Shown here piece after piece: positions 51,357-61,508 of a stretch of 64,000 nt of DNA (positions are counted from its first letter, which is position 1; every line of letters starts with the position of its first letter). This DNA comes from Candidatus Spongiisociaceae bacterium (lineage in GTDB: Bacteria; Actinomycetota; Acidimicrobiia; Spongiisociales; Spongiisociaceae), in assembly GCA_965219685.1 (NCBI GenBank), contig CBDCOH010000002.1, positions 3,648,001-3,712,000 on the forward strand. The letters run 5' to 3'. The notes beneath the pieces are model-generated. The model saw nothing but the letters and a program-made list of their open reading frames with translations, was not told the DNA's origin and made no database searches. Both the position numbers and the translations under genes were made by a program.

Positions 51357-51462
51357 GACGATCCACAACTCTTTGACCAGCGTCCCCGGGAGGAGGGCTG
51401 CGTAGTGTGCAGGCCCAGGCAGCGATGCCGTCGCTGAAGCGTGGTCGACCTTTCGCTTGCGA

Positions 51463-51669
51463 CTAAAGATCGTCTTCGCGAATGTTCGCCAACTTCATGA
51501 GGTGTCTCTGCAGTCCGCGCTTGAGGCTCGTATTTCGATGCACCGGCACCGAGACACGGATGTTCGTTCCTGGTTTGGTGTAGATGTGGTGACTTCCCTT
51601 TGTGCGCGCCAACTGCCAGCCACGAAGCTCGAGTAGCCGGCAGAGTCGCTTTCCGCTGATTGCCTTCAT
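51463..51669 (-). CDS. hicA: HicA toxin
   Basis: MKAISGK..C.LL...GW...R.KGSHHIY, VPVH, LK.G. Confidence 0.9.
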   Translation of the reverse strand: MKAISGKRLCRLLELRGWQLARTKGSHHIYTKPGTNIRVSVPVHRNTSLKRGLQRHLMKLANIREDDL

Positions 51670-51869
51670 ACGGCGATTTCGACAACCCGCCCTTTGTCTG
51701 AACCACGAGCCCCGCCGACATCGACAGATAGGCAACCCTCAACCGCTTCGTAGAGGTTGATCAACAACTCTTCGAAGGACTCCCCCTGCGTAGCACAACC
51801 AGGGATCGCCGGTACCTCCGCCCAGTAGCCACCCTCTTCTGCTTCATGAACGACGACCGCCAGCTTCAT
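51666..51869 (-). CDS. hicB: HicB antitoxin (short form)
   Basis: VVHEAEEGGYWAEVPAIPGCATQGESFEEL..N..EAV. Confidence 0.92.
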   Translation of the reverse strand: MKLAVVVHEAEEGGYWAEVPAIPGCATQGESFEELLINLYEAVEGCLSVDVGGARGSDKGRVVEIAV

Positions 51870-52085
51870 CTTTTGATCTCCTGTCTGATAGGTCGCCCAC
51901 CCGCCATGCCTGCCGGACCGACTCCGAAGGGTTCCCGGTGATGACCTAGGGCTCAACTCTATCAATGACCGGCGGGTAATCAGCAGGCGTACCGGTCGGC
52001 GCTAGTCGTGGTCGTCGTCAGGTTGCCCGTGACCGCTTGGACCCCTCCCGGAGGGGAGTTCGTGCTCCGGCGCCTCCTAAAACTG

Positions 52086-52116
52086 GTGTGGCTCCCGGAC
52101 GGACCGGGAGCCACAC
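52086..52116 (-). terminator. Intrinsic terminator
   Basis: Perfect 13-bp stem GTGTGGCTCCCGG/CCGGGAGCCACAC followed by CAGTTTT on the minus strand. Confidence 0.8.
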
Positions 52117-52142
52117 TTGGCTATTCGAAATGTTGGGGGGTT

Positions 52143-53507
52143 CTAGCCCTGTGGTTCGTCGCCGTCGGGACCGACGCCGGTGCCGAGCGGGGCGTTGATC
52201 CAGTCCACCAGGTCTTGGCGTTCGAGGAGGCGGTTGAACCAGACTTCCTCGACTTCGTAGTCCTGCCACTCCACGCCTTCGGCGATGTAGCCCTCTTCGC
52301 GTCCCGCTTCGAAACGCTCGGCGACCACGTTGCCGAAATAGGTGATCTCACCCGGCGTGAACATGTAGTCCTTGGCGTCTTCCAGCAGCGGGAAGTAGTT
52401 GAGCTCGGTCATGATGCGGGAGGTCACGATGCCGCCGAGGCTGGTGCCACCGGTCTGGTCCTTGGCCTCCTCGCCGACGAACTCACCCACGATGTCGGGA
52501 TACTCGTCGAGGTAGCGGGAGGCCCGGTACCAGATCGCCAGCGAGCGCAGCACGGTCTCGGGGTTCTCCTCGAGCCAGTCGGCCCGCACGCCCTCGGTCG
52601 AGTACAGGATCGCCGAAGCCCCGAACAGTTCGAGGGGCGCCGCCACTACGTACTCCCCGGCCAGTTCTTCGGAATAGAGCATCCGCGCCTGGGCGGAAAG
52701 GTTGCCCGTGTAGTAGTCCGCCTCACCGCTCAAGTAGCCGAAGTTCATGGCTTCCATGCTCGGGTAGTACCTGAATTCGACGTCCTGCTGGCCCTCGGGG
52801 TCGAAGGTCAGGCCGATGTTCTCCAATAGGGCTCGCTCGAAGGTCGTCGGGAAACCCTCCGTCTTCACGAACTGCTTGCCCCGCATGGACTCGGCGAGTT
52901 CGGCCTTGGCGGCCTCCTCGTCGCCCAACCTATCGAGTGCCTCCTCGTACACCACCGTCTGGCCGGCTCTACCGATCAGCACGAATCCCTGGTACTGGTT
53001 GGTGATCAGGTAATTGCGGTACTCGGGGAACTCCTCGATGATGGTCCCGTAGCAGATCTGGCACGAGAAGAGCATGTCGATCTCGTCGGTCTGCAACTGC
53101 GTGTAGGGGATGCTCACGAACGGGATGATCTCCAGGTCGAGGCCGATCCGCGTGTCCATCCCGATTTCTGCCGCGTACGACCACAGGCGGTCATCGTATG
53201 AGGGGGTTGCGCCGATCCGGATGACCCCGCCCTTAGGCTCGTCGGGTGGAACGGTCAGGTCGATACCCATGTCCTCTTCCATGGGTTCTTCCATCTCCTC
53301 TTCCATCTCTTCTTCCATGGTCTCTTCCATGGCCTCTTCCATGGGTTCTTCTTCCATGGGTTCCTCTTCGACCATGGCAGCCGTCGTGGCAGTTGTCTGC
53401 GGGGCCTGAGTGGTCGCGGGGGCCTCCTCCTCGGCGTCGCCGCAGGCGACCGCCAACATCGCCAGAATGGCTAGTAGGAGTGTTCCTTTCCACCAGCGAT
53501 TGCGCAT
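52143..53507 (-). CDS. ABC substrate-binding lipoprotein (SsuA/NMT1-like, tentative) with EEEPM low-complexity linker
   Basis: Lipobox AVAC, acidic Met-rich repeats, W..ENPE...R.L..W; RBS GGAGGG. Confidence 0.7.
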   Translation of the reverse strand: MRNRWWKGTLLLAILAMLAVACGDAEEEAPATTQAPQTTATTAAMVEEEPMEEEPMEEAMEETMEEEMEEEMEEPMEEDMGIDLTVPPDEPKGGVIRIGATPSYDDRLWSYAAEIGMDTRIGLDLEIIPFVSIPYTQLQTDEIDMLFSCQICYGTIIEEFPEYRNYLITNQYQGFVLIGRAGQTVVYEEALDRLGDEEAAKAELAESMRGKQFVKTEGFPTTFERALLENIGLTFDPEGQQDVEFRYYPSMEAMNFGYLSGEADYYTGNLSAQARMLYSEELAGEYVVAAPLELFGASAILYSTEGVRADWLEENPETVLRSLAIWYRASRYLDEYPDIVGEFVGEEAKDQTGGTSLGGIVTSRIMTELNYFPLLEDAKDYMFTPGEITYFGNVVAERFEAGREEGYIAEGVEWQDYEVEEVWFNRLLERQDLVDWINAPLGTGVGPDGDEPQG

Positions 53508-53683
53508 ATTCCCTCCCTTAGTCTCGGCGGCCCGCGCGCGCTTCTGGCCCGTCGGTCTCCGCCCGCTTGCGCTTATGATGCTTATCGAGGTTCGGCGTGT
53601 CAACAGTTATGCCGGACGTCTCATTGCGGAGTGCCTCCGTTCGGGAGGCTCGCCTCGACTACTAGAAGGTGTGGGAGATGACC

Positions 53684-55426
53684 ATGAGACAGAGGATCAT
53701 GCTCGATGTGCGGGTGCCGATGAGGGACGGGACCCTGCTGTCCGCAGATGTCTACCTGCCGTCAGACGGGGACTGTTTTCCCGTCCTGCTCACCCGGACC
53801 ATCTACAGCAAGGAGAGCTATCCCGAGACCGACGGGGCGCGGCCGAACGGTTACGTGGGCTGGGGGGAACGGTTCATGGAAGGCGGCTATGCGGTTGTGA
53901 TCCAGGACTGCCGGGGCCGCTACGACTCGGACGGGGTCTGGGAGGTCTACGTCCAGGACGAGGACGGTCACGACACCGTGGAATGGCTCGTCCGCCAGCC
54001 CTGGTGCGACGGCAACGTCGGCATGTTCGGTATCTCCTACCTGGGCTTCACCCAGATGCACCCCGCTCCGTTGGCCTCGGAGGGACTCAAGGCCATCCTG
54101 CCGATCGGGGCGACGCCGGACGGTTACGACATGTTCTGGCAGCAGGGCGCATTCCTGATGCAGCAGGCCAGCCACTTCCTCCAGATCGGCCGCCGCACCA
54201 GCCACGCGCAGGGGATGGCCATGCTGGCCGGCCTTCCAGGGGGGACGATGGGGGTGGGTGGCGGCAAGGCCGGTGAGCCCCCCGGCGACCTCTCGTACCT
54301 CTACGAGCGGATGCCTCTCTACTCGGCTTTCGACGAGTACGACGACGTGAAGATATGGAAGGAACTGCTCGACCACAACACGTACGACGCCTACTGGAAG
54401 AAGCGGATCGTGAACGGCCGCTACGACACGATCGAGGCACCCGCCTTCTTCCTGACCGGATGGTGGGACTGCACGGTCCGTCACATGTTCGAGGCGTTCG
54501 AGAACTGGACGCGGCACGCGCAGCCGGAGGCGCGCGCTAAGACCAAGATCATGTGCGGCCCCTGGACCCACACCCGCATCGGGGTGGCCGACTGGGGCCA
54601 GGATGTCCAGTTCGGCCCTGATGCCGAACTGGACATCTTCGCCCTGCATCGCCACTGGTACGACCAGCGCCTCAAGGGGATACCCACCGGTGTCGACGAC
54701 GAGGCCCCACTGCAACTCTTCGTGTGCGGCGACAACGTGTGGCGAGGGGAGTACGAGTGGCCGCTGGCGCGTACCGAATACCGGGAGTTGTTCCTGCACG
54801 GGCAGGGTTCGGCGAATACGCGGCATGGCGATGGCGGCCTCATCTGGGATCCGCCGGCCGGCGAGCAGCCGCCGGACACCTACGTCTACGAACCTTCCGA
54901 TCCGGTTCCGACGGTGGGTGGCCAGGTGGCGTACGTGGACCAGAGCGGACCGCGGGACCGGTCCGCGGTCGAGGAGCGGTCCGATGTGCTCGTCTATACC
55001 GGCGAACTCCTGAGTGCCGATCTCGAATGCACGGGACGGGTGACGGCGGTCCTGTTCGCGGCCTCCTCGGCGCCGGACACCGACTTCACCGCCACGTTGG
55101 TGGACGTGCTGCCCGACGGGAGGGCCATCAATGTCACCGAAGGGATCGTCAGGGCGAGGTGCCGAGGTGGTCGCCAGTCGCCCTCTCTGATCGAGCCCGG
55201 ACAGGTCTACGAGTACCGGATCGACCTGTGGGAGATCTCCTGGGTGTTCAAGGCCAGCCACCGGATCCGCCTAGAGGTGTCGAGCAGCAACTTCCCCCGG
55301 TTCGACCGCAACACCAACCTAGGAGGCGACATCGGCCACGAATCCGGGTTCCGGTCAGCCGACCAGACCCTCTTCCACGATGCAGAACACCGAAGCCGGC
55401 TCGTCCTCCCGGTGATCCCGCGGTAG
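53684..55426 (+). CDS. CocE/NonD family serine hydrolase 4
   Basis: PMRDGTLL, QDCRGRYDS, GISYLG, TGWWD, GPWTH, SSNFPRFDRN. Start 53678 or 53684. Confidence 0.93.
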   Translation: MRQRIMLDVRVPMRDGTLLSADVYLPSDGDCFPVLLTRTIYSKESYPETDGARPNGYVGWGERFMEGGYAVVIQDCRGRYDSDGVWEVYVQDEDGHDTVEWLVRQPWCDGNVGMFGISYLGFTQMHPAPLASEGLKAILPIGATPDGYDMFWQQGAFLMQQASHFLQIGRRTSHAQGMAMLAGLPGGTMGVGGGKAGEPPGDLSYLYERMPLYSAFDEYDDVKIWKELLDHNTYDAYWKKRIVNGRYDTIEAPAFFLTGWWDCTVRHMFEAFENWTRHAQPEARAKTKIMCGPWTHTRIGVADWGQDVQFGPDAELDIFALHRHWYDQRLKGIPTGVDDEAPLQLFVCGDNVWRGEYEWPLARTEYRELFLHGQGSANTRHGDGGLIWDPPAGEQPPDTYVYEPSDPVPTVGGQVAYVDQSGPRDRSAVEERSDVLVYTGELLSADLECTGRVTAVLFAASSAPDTDFTATLVDVLPDGRAINVTEGIVRARCRGGRQSPSLIEPGQVYEYRIDLWEISWVFKASHRIRLEVSSSNFPRFDRNTNLGGDIGHESGFRSADQTLFHDAEHRSRLVLPVIPR

Positions 55427-55506
55427 GTGATGGTGAGTGGTGAGTGGTGAGTGGTGAGTGGTGAGTGGTGAGTGGTGAGTGGTGAGTGGTGAATGGTGAA
55501 TGGTGG
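55427..55506 (+). repeat. Heptamer array A6
   Basis: TGAGTGG x8 then TGAATGG x2, starting immediately after the TAG. Confidence 0.97.
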
Positions 55507-55587
55507 TCTGAGTCAACCTTTAAGGGTACTAGGCGGTACACGACTCACGGGCAACGGGGAACGGGCAACTACCGACTAGCAACCAAA
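55507..55587. repeat. Dispersed core motif plus AACGGGC-type heptamers (copy 2)
   Basis: TCTGAGTCAACCTTTAAGGGTACTAGGCGG, then CACGGGC AACGGGG AACGGGC AACTACC GACTAGC AACCAAA up to the ATPase stop. Confidence 0.85.
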
Positions 55588-58218
55588 TCAGAGGGCGCCG
55601 AAGCGGCGGACCACCCAGCGGCTTGCCAGGACTGTGGCGAAGAAGCCCACCACCAGGCCGGCCAGGAGGAGGATCCACGGGCCGGAGCCGAGTGGCACCG
55701 TACCGAATGCGGTGTTGCCGAACGAGGTGTAGATGATGCCTATCTGGAGGAGGAGGCTCACCGTCACCGAGATCCACAGCCACTTGTTGGTGAAGGGCGG
55801 CATCCGCTCCTGAACCCGGATTACGACCAGGCGCAGGTACTCGTGAATGACGAAGCCGGTGAAGGTTACGGTGCGAGCCGTCTCCAGATCCCAGAGGTCA
55901 AGGGCGACGAAGAAGGTGGCCAGGAGGATGATGGAGACGACCACCCCCACCGAGCCCACCAGGGCCGTCATGGACCGTCCCAACACGGCTCCGTGGCTGG
56001 GAGGTCGCCGCATCGTGTCCTTGGGCGCAGGGTCCACCGCCAAGGCGACCGCCGGCCCCGAATCGGTGACCAGGTTGATCCACAGTATCTGCACGGCGGT
56101 GATGGGGAGGTGGCCGAACACGGTTGCCACCAGGATGACAAGCACCTCCGCGAAGTTGCCGGTCAGGAGGTAGTTCACGAACTTCTTGATGTTGCCGAAG
56201 ATGCGGCGTCCCTCCTCCACCGCCGAGACGATCGTTGCGAAGTTGTCGTCGAGTAGGACCATGTCGGAGGTGTCCCGGGCAACGTCGGTGCCCTTGATGC
56301 CCATGGCGATCCCCACGTCGGCGTTGTGGAGGGCGGGAGCGTCGTTCACCCCGTCGCCGGTCATGATCACCACGTCGTGATCTTCCTTGAGGGCTCTCAG
56401 GATCTTCACTTTGTGGCGTGGTTCGGCCCTGGCGAAGATGTCGGTGCGCTGGATCACCTCTCCGAGTTGGTCTCCCTCCATCTCTTCCAGTGACTTGGCC
56501 TCCACCGTCTCTCCCTTGAGCCCCACTTCCCGCCCGATGGCGGAGGCGGTCAGGCTGTGGTCCCCGGTGATCATCACGACCCGGATGCCGGCTCGACGGG
56601 CGTCTGCAATCGCCTCGGCAGCTTCGGGTCGGGGCGGGTCGCTCATTGCCGCCAGACCGGCGAAGGTGAGGCCCTCCTCGGCGGGCTCGGCGAGGGCTTC
56701 CTGAGGCTTGTAGGCGAGCGCCAAGACCCGAAGGGCCTGACCGGCCAGTGCCCGGTTCTTTTCCACGAGGGCGGATCGCTGTTCTGGCGTCATGGACACC
56801 ACACCCTCGGGCGTGGAGACACGGCCGCAGAGTGGTAGGACGACCTCGGGTGCGCCCTTCGTGAGCATCAAACCGGTCCCGTCGCCCGGATCGTGAACGA
56901 CGACCGACATCATCTTCCGCTCGGAAGCGAAAGGGATCTCGGCGGTCCGGTCGTAGCGTTCAAGCGAGACGCCGGCGCCCTCCGCGAACTCCAGCAGGGC
57001 GGTCTCGGTGGGGTCGCCCATATAGCCGTGGTCCGGATGGCGGTGGGCGTTGTTGCACAGACCCGCCGAGAGCACCGCCATCGAAAGCGGCCCGTCCGTG
57101 ATCCCGGCGGTCAGGTGGTCGGTGTCGATGTCCCCGGCGACGGTGGAGACCCGGCGCACCGTCATCCGCCCTTCGGTGATCGTTCCGGTCTTGTCGCTGC
57201 ATATCACTTGCGCCGCGCCCACGATCTCGACCACGGGCAGGGAGCGCACCAGGGCCTTTCGCTCCAGTATCCGGCGGGTACCGAAGGCCAGCGCCAGAGT
57301 GAGCACCACCGGCAGCCCCTCGGGTACCGCAGCCACCGCCAGCGCCACGGCGGTGATGAAGGTCTCCAGCAGGGACAACTCGCCGACCAGGAGCTGCAGC
57401 CCCGCCACGATGGCGATGAGGATGGCCACGGCCCACCCGATCCGCACAGCCAGCTTGCCCACCTCGCGCTGGAAGACGGTGGACTCGTCGTCTGTGGTCT
57501 GTACCTCCTCCGCGATCTTCCCGACCTCCGTGCCCATCCCGGTGTCCGTCACCATCAGTTTCCCCCGCCCCCGCATCACCACGGTGCTGCTGTAGGCCAT
57601 CGAGGAGCGCTCCGCCAAGATGGCTTCCTCGGCCGAGGGTGCGCTGGTCTTGGCCACCGGCAGGCTCTCACCCGTGAGGGCCGACTCATCCACACGGAGA
57701 TGGGCGCTCTCCAGCAGCCGCCCGTCGGCGGGAACACGGTCGCCCTCCTCCAACAGCACCACGTCGCCGGGGACGACCAGTTTGGCGTCGATCTCTTCCC
57801 GGAGGCCCCCTCTCAGGACCTCGGCGGACAGAGCAGCCAGCTGGTTCAGAGACTCGATTCCCCGGTTGGCCCGGAAGTTCTGAGTGAACCCCAGACCGCT
57901 GTTCAGCACCACGATCAGACCGATGAGCACGGCGTCGACCAGTTGGTCCGAGTCGTCACCCAGGACCGAGACAGCCACCAGCACCAGCGCGGCGGCGAGC
58001 AGCACGATCACCAGCGGGCTCCGGAATTCGTCGAGCAACAACTTGAGAGGAGAAACCGGGGCAGCGCTTACCAGTTGGTTGGGGCCGTGGCTGGAGAGTC
58101 GATCCGCGGCATCCTCCTGCGACAGCCCGCTCGGTGACGAACCGAGCTCCGCTAAAGCCTCATCCACCGAGAGGTTATGCCAGGACGGCCGGGCAGAGTA
58201 TTCACCACCGGACACCAT
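55588..58218 (-). CDS. P-type IIA cation (Ca2+-like) transporting ATPase
   Basis: LTGES, PEGL, DKTGT, KGAPE, TGD, GDGVND. Confidence 0.96.
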   Translation of the reverse strand: MVSGGEYSARPSWHNLSVDEALAELGSSPSGLSQEDAADRLSSHGPNQLVSAAPVSPLKLLLDEFRSPLVIVLLAAALVLVAVSVLGDDSDQLVDAVLIGLIVVLNSGLGFTQNFRANRGIESLNQLAALSAEVLRGGLREEIDAKLVVPGDVVLLEEGDRVPADGRLLESAHLRVDESALTGESLPVAKTSAPSAEEAILAERSSMAYSSTVVMRGRGKLMVTDTGMGTEVGKIAEEVQTTDDESTVFQREVGKLAVRIGWAVAILIAIVAGLQLLVGELSLLETFITAVALAVAAVPEGLPVVLTLALAFGTRRILERKALVRSLPVVEIVGAAQVICSDKTGTITEGRMTVRRVSTVAGDIDTDHLTAGITDGPLSMAVLSAGLCNNAHRHPDHGYMGDPTETALLEFAEGAGVSLERYDRTAEIPFASERKMMSVVVHDPGDGTGLMLTKGAPEVVLPLCGRVSTPEGVVSMTPEQRSALVEKNRALAGQALRVLALAYKPQEALAEPAEEGLTFAGLAAMSDPPRPEAAEAIADARRAGIRVVMITGDHSLTASAIGREVGLKGETVEAKSLEEMEGDQLGEVIQRTDIFARAEPRHKVKILRALKEDHDVVIMTGDGVNDAPALHNADVGIAMGIKGTDVARDTSDMVLLDDNFATIVSAVEEGRRIFGNIKKFVNYLLTGNFAEVLVILVATVFGHLPITAVQILWINLVTDSGPAVALAVDPAPKDTMRRPPSHGAVLGRSMTALVGSVGVVVSIILLATFFVALDLWDLETARTVTFTGFVIHEYLRLVVIRVQERMPPFTNKWLWISVTVSLLLQIGIIYTSFGNTAFGTVPLGSGPWILLLAGLVVGFFATVLASRWVVRRFGAL

Positions 58219-58500
58219 CTATGGATCATACAGGCGTCCGTATTAGCGGTCCGTAAGCCACGGTCTTAACAAACGGCTAACGGTCACCGGCCGGGCGCAA
58301 GCCCCCACGCCGACACTCGTTGGGCGCCTGGGAATGGCCGACCGCCCGTGCCTTGGACGCCGACTTTCGCGTATTGTTATCCCGGCGTTGTAGAACGTTG
58401 TCTATGGAAGGTGATAGTCTAGAGGGACTGGAGTGCCCGTCGCTGTTGGATCACCGACCGAAGCGACGGCAAGCTGACTGGAAGGTGTGGCAACCAAGGT

Positions 58501-59232
58501 ATGGCTACAACGATCAACACGATAGAGGACCTCATGAGGGTCCTGGATAGCCATCCCGAATGGTTGGAAGCCATGCGCTCCCGCCTGCTGACCCGCGAGC
58601 TCCTGGCCCTGCCCCAGATCCTTGCCGACTTCATCGAGACCACCAACCGCCGGTTTGAGGAGGTGGATCGGCGGTTTGAGGAGGTGGATCGGCGGTTTGA
58701 CGGGGTGGATCGGCGGTTTGAGGAGGTGGATCGGCGGTTTGACGGGGTAGATCGCCGGCTTGATGGGATGGATCGTCGTCTCCAGCGGTTGGAGGACCGG
58801 ACCGGGATGCTCGTGGGGGCTCACGCGAGGAACGAGGCACTGAAGGAAGTCGTGCTCCTGTCCAGGGATATGGGTATGGCCAAGATGCGGCGACTCTGGA
58901 GCTTCGAGGACGTGGATGCCCTCGTCCACGCCGGCGACACGACGGGCATACCTGCCAACGACCTCAGGAGCTTCCGCAGGGCGGATGCCATTGTGGAGGT
59001 CGCCGACGATGAGGGCAGGACTTGCTACATAGCCGCGGAGGTATCCTTCACCGTCAACGGACGTGACACGAGCCGTGCTATCAGAAACGCCGAGTACATG
59101 ACCAGGCTCACGGGTGACCGCGCCTACCCCGCCGTCATGGGCGTTCATATCGACGAGCAGGTCCTCGACACCGTCGAGTCCGGCGAGGTCTACTGGTACC
59201 GCTTGGATCCCCAGGTCCTGGAGGTTGACTGA
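58501..59232 (+). CDS. Hypothetical protein with heptad coiled-coil repeats and possible PD-(D/E)XK-like C-terminus
   Basis: RFEEVDR-type repeats; AD.IV...Y..AEVS. Confidence 0.75.
   Translation: MATTINTIEDLMRVLDSHPEWLEAMRSRLLTRELLALPQILADFIETTNRRFEEVDRRFEEVDRRFDGVDRRFEEVDRRFDGVDRRLDGMDRRLQRLEDRTGMLVGAHARNEALKEVVLLSRDMGMAKMRRLWSFEDVDALVHAGDTTGIPANDLRSFRRADAIVEVADDEGRTCYIAAEVSFTVNGRDTSRAIRNAEYMTRLTGDRAYPAVMGVHIDEQVLDTVESGEVYWYRLDPQVLEVD
58651..58776 (+). repeat. 21-bp coding tandem repeat (6 units)
   Basis: CGGTTTGAGGAGGTGGATCGG and variants. Confidence 0.93.
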
Positions 59233-59315
59233 GAAGGCGCAGCCGGACCCGCGGATGACAGCAGTTACGGGTTGAAGGGCACTGTTGGATGGGGGCCGTG
59301 GTACAGCGACCGCAC

Positions 59316-59837
59316 TCAGCCCTCGGTCACCTCGAAGGTGGCGACAGCCTGGATCTCGAAGGGTTCGGTTTCCCCTATGTAGCAGAGGATGCCGTAGGTG
59401 TTGTCGAACAGGGTTCTGTTGGCGCCCATCAACTGGTTAGCCGGAGCGCGAATCTTGCGGGTCTGGTCCACCCAGTCGGGGGAGTCCTGGTTGGCCGCCG
59501 CATCGCCGCTCTCGACGTAGGCGACCAGATCCTCGAGTTTCTTGTCCTCGGGAAAGCGGAGAATGTCGATACGCGCCCGGATGTCACTCCGGTTGTCCAG
59601 CGTCATCCGCACCGGGCCGGGATCGACCGTCTCGGGTCCGATATAAGTGCACGTCTCCCCGTCGTACACCACGGTTGGCAACTCGGCGCGATCCGCAAAC
59701 TGCCCGAAGGTCGAAACGGTCGTCTCCGACTCCGCAGCGTCGCCACCACCGTCGCCACCGCCGTCTTCGTTTCCGCCGCACGCGGCCAAGAGAAGAACTG
59801 CCGTTGCAAAGAAAACCGGCAACGTCCGAAACCGCAT
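59316..59837 (-). CDS. Hypothetical lipoprotein
   Basis: MRFRTLPVFFATAVLLLAAC lipobox. Confidence 0.75.
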   Translation of the reverse strand: MRFRTLPVFFATAVLLLAACGGNEDGGGDGGGDAAESETTVSTFGQFADRAELPTVVYDGETCTYIGPETVDPGPVRMTLDNRSDIRARIDILRFPEDKKLEDLVAYVESGDAAANQDSPDWVDQTRKIRAPANQLMGANRTLFDNTYGILCYIGETEPFEIQAVATFEVTEG

Positions 59838-60145
59838 GCTGACCCTCCCTGACGGCCTGAGCTCATTGTAAGCCGCAAGCACGTTCCATCGTCGGTCTGC
59901 CGGTTTCCGGCGTCGGGTTCCTCCGATACCGTCTCACAGCCAACCGGTAGGTGCAGCAGCATTGCGGAGAACCACCTGCTTGCAAACAGGTTGGACCCGC
60001 GGCCTGCTGATACCGGCGGGGGTTGCCGACGAGTTTCTGGATAGAGCACTGGCGTAACCGGTTCTGGGCCGGACCATGCACGGTCGGGACAGATCGGGCT
60101 AACAGAACATCCATACTCTGGATAATGTATTATCCTTTTCTGTTG

Positions 60146-61372
60146 ATGTACCTGTCCAGACACATTGACGGTCGGCTGGGCCACCTGCTGAGCGTGCATC
60201 CGGCTTGCCTGATCCAAGGCATCAGGGGAGTGGGCAAGACGACCACGGCGACTCGTCTGGCGGCGTCGGTGTTACGGCTCGACCATCCGCCCACCGCGGC
60301 GGAAGTGTCCGCCGATCCGGAAGCGGTTTGCATATCCCTGCCGGAACCCTTGCTCATCGACGAGTGGCATAGGGTTCCGGAGGTGTGGGATGCGGTGCGC
60401 CGCATGATCGACGCCGATCGTAGACACGGCCGGTTCCTGCTGAGCGGATCCTCCCGGACCGCGGTCGGCGCCGATATCCACGCCGGCGCGGGGCGGATTC
60501 TGGCATTGCGGTTGCGACCCATGACCCTGTCGGAGAGGCAGGGCCGGGTTCCGGTGGTCGACCTCGGGGACTTGGCGGAACACGGGATCGAAGCAGTGCG
60601 AGGCGCCCGCTCCCCGTTCTCGCCGTCCGAGCAGACGGCCCCTGCGACCCACTCGGGCCTACCCGGTTATCTGGGCCTGAAGGCTGCGGACCATCAGGAA
60701 GTCCTGCGCTCCTACCTGGACCTGGCCATCGCGCGCGACCTTGCCGAGATATCCTCAGCAGCGCGCAACGCACCCAAGCTACGCCGTTATGTGCGGGCCT
60801 ACGCGGCCGCTGTCGCAACCACCGCCGACCACAGCACCATCTATCGAGCGGCCGACCTCGCCAAGGCGACCGGCCAGACCTACCACGATCTGCTCGACCG
60901 CCTCGGGCTCGTCGAGGAACTGCCCGGTTGGTCGAGCAACCACTTCAAGCGCCTGACAAAGAGGCCCAAGAGGCACTTGGTGGATCCGGCGTTCGCGGCG
61001 GCCGACCACCACGAGACGCCCGACATCCTTCGCCGTCTCCGTAGACGGTTGGGCGCTCTCTTCGAGAGTGTGGTCGTCTGCCAAATCAGGGCGACCGCTG
61101 AAGCTCGTGGGCTGGGTTGGAGGTTCGGCCACCTGAGGTCGGCCGGTGCGGATCATGAGGTCGACCTGATCGCCGACCTGCCCGGTGGAGGCGTCGTGGC
61201 GTTCGAGGCGAAGCTCGGCGAAGTGGTCTCAGCCGCCGCCGCCCGCCATCTTGCCGTACTCCGAGACTCGCTCGGCGAGCGCTTCCGCGCTGGATTGGTG
61301 GTGCATCCCGGAACGGTGGCGGTCCGGGTCGACCGCCGCATCGCCGCCGTTCCGCTCGGCGTTCTGGTGTGA
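60146..61372 (+). CDS. AAA_14 ATPase with DUF4143 domain
   Basis: GIRGVGKTT, LIDEW, FLLSGS, GRI..L.LRPM, K..LVDP, LFES.V, EVDL, FEAK. Confidence 0.9.
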   Translation: MYLSRHIDGRLGHLLSVHPACLIQGIRGVGKTTTATRLAASVLRLDHPPTAAEVSADPEAVCISLPEPLLIDEWHRVPEVWDAVRRMIDADRRHGRFLLSGSSRTAVGADIHAGAGRILALRLRPMTLSERQGRVPVVDLGDLAEHGIEAVRGARSPFSPSEQTAPATHSGLPGYLGLKAADHQEVLRSYLDLAIARDLAEISSAARNAPKLRRYVRAYAAAVATTADHSTIYRAADLAKATGQTYHDLLDRLGLVEELPGWSSNHFKRLTKRPKRHLVDPAFAAADHHETPDILRRLRRRLGALFESVVVCQIRATAEARGLGWRFGHLRSAGADHEVDLIADLPGGGVVAFEAKLGEVVSAAAARHLAVLRDSLGERFRAGLVVHPGTVAVRVDRRIAAVPLGVLV

Positions 61373-61508
61373 TAGGAGTTCAGCCCGACGGTAAGTAGGC
61401 GGCCGCTCCGATGCCTTTTAGCCTGACTGCGGCGAACGTAGGCTGTGTATCCTGCGACCACCCGGCCCCCGGCGCGGCAGGCCGGAATATCAAGGCGAGG
61501 GACACGGA

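Noticed and set aside
52004-52031. Possible decayed heptamer run AGTCGTG...GCCCGTG
   Set aside because: Too short and degenerate to distinguish from chance.
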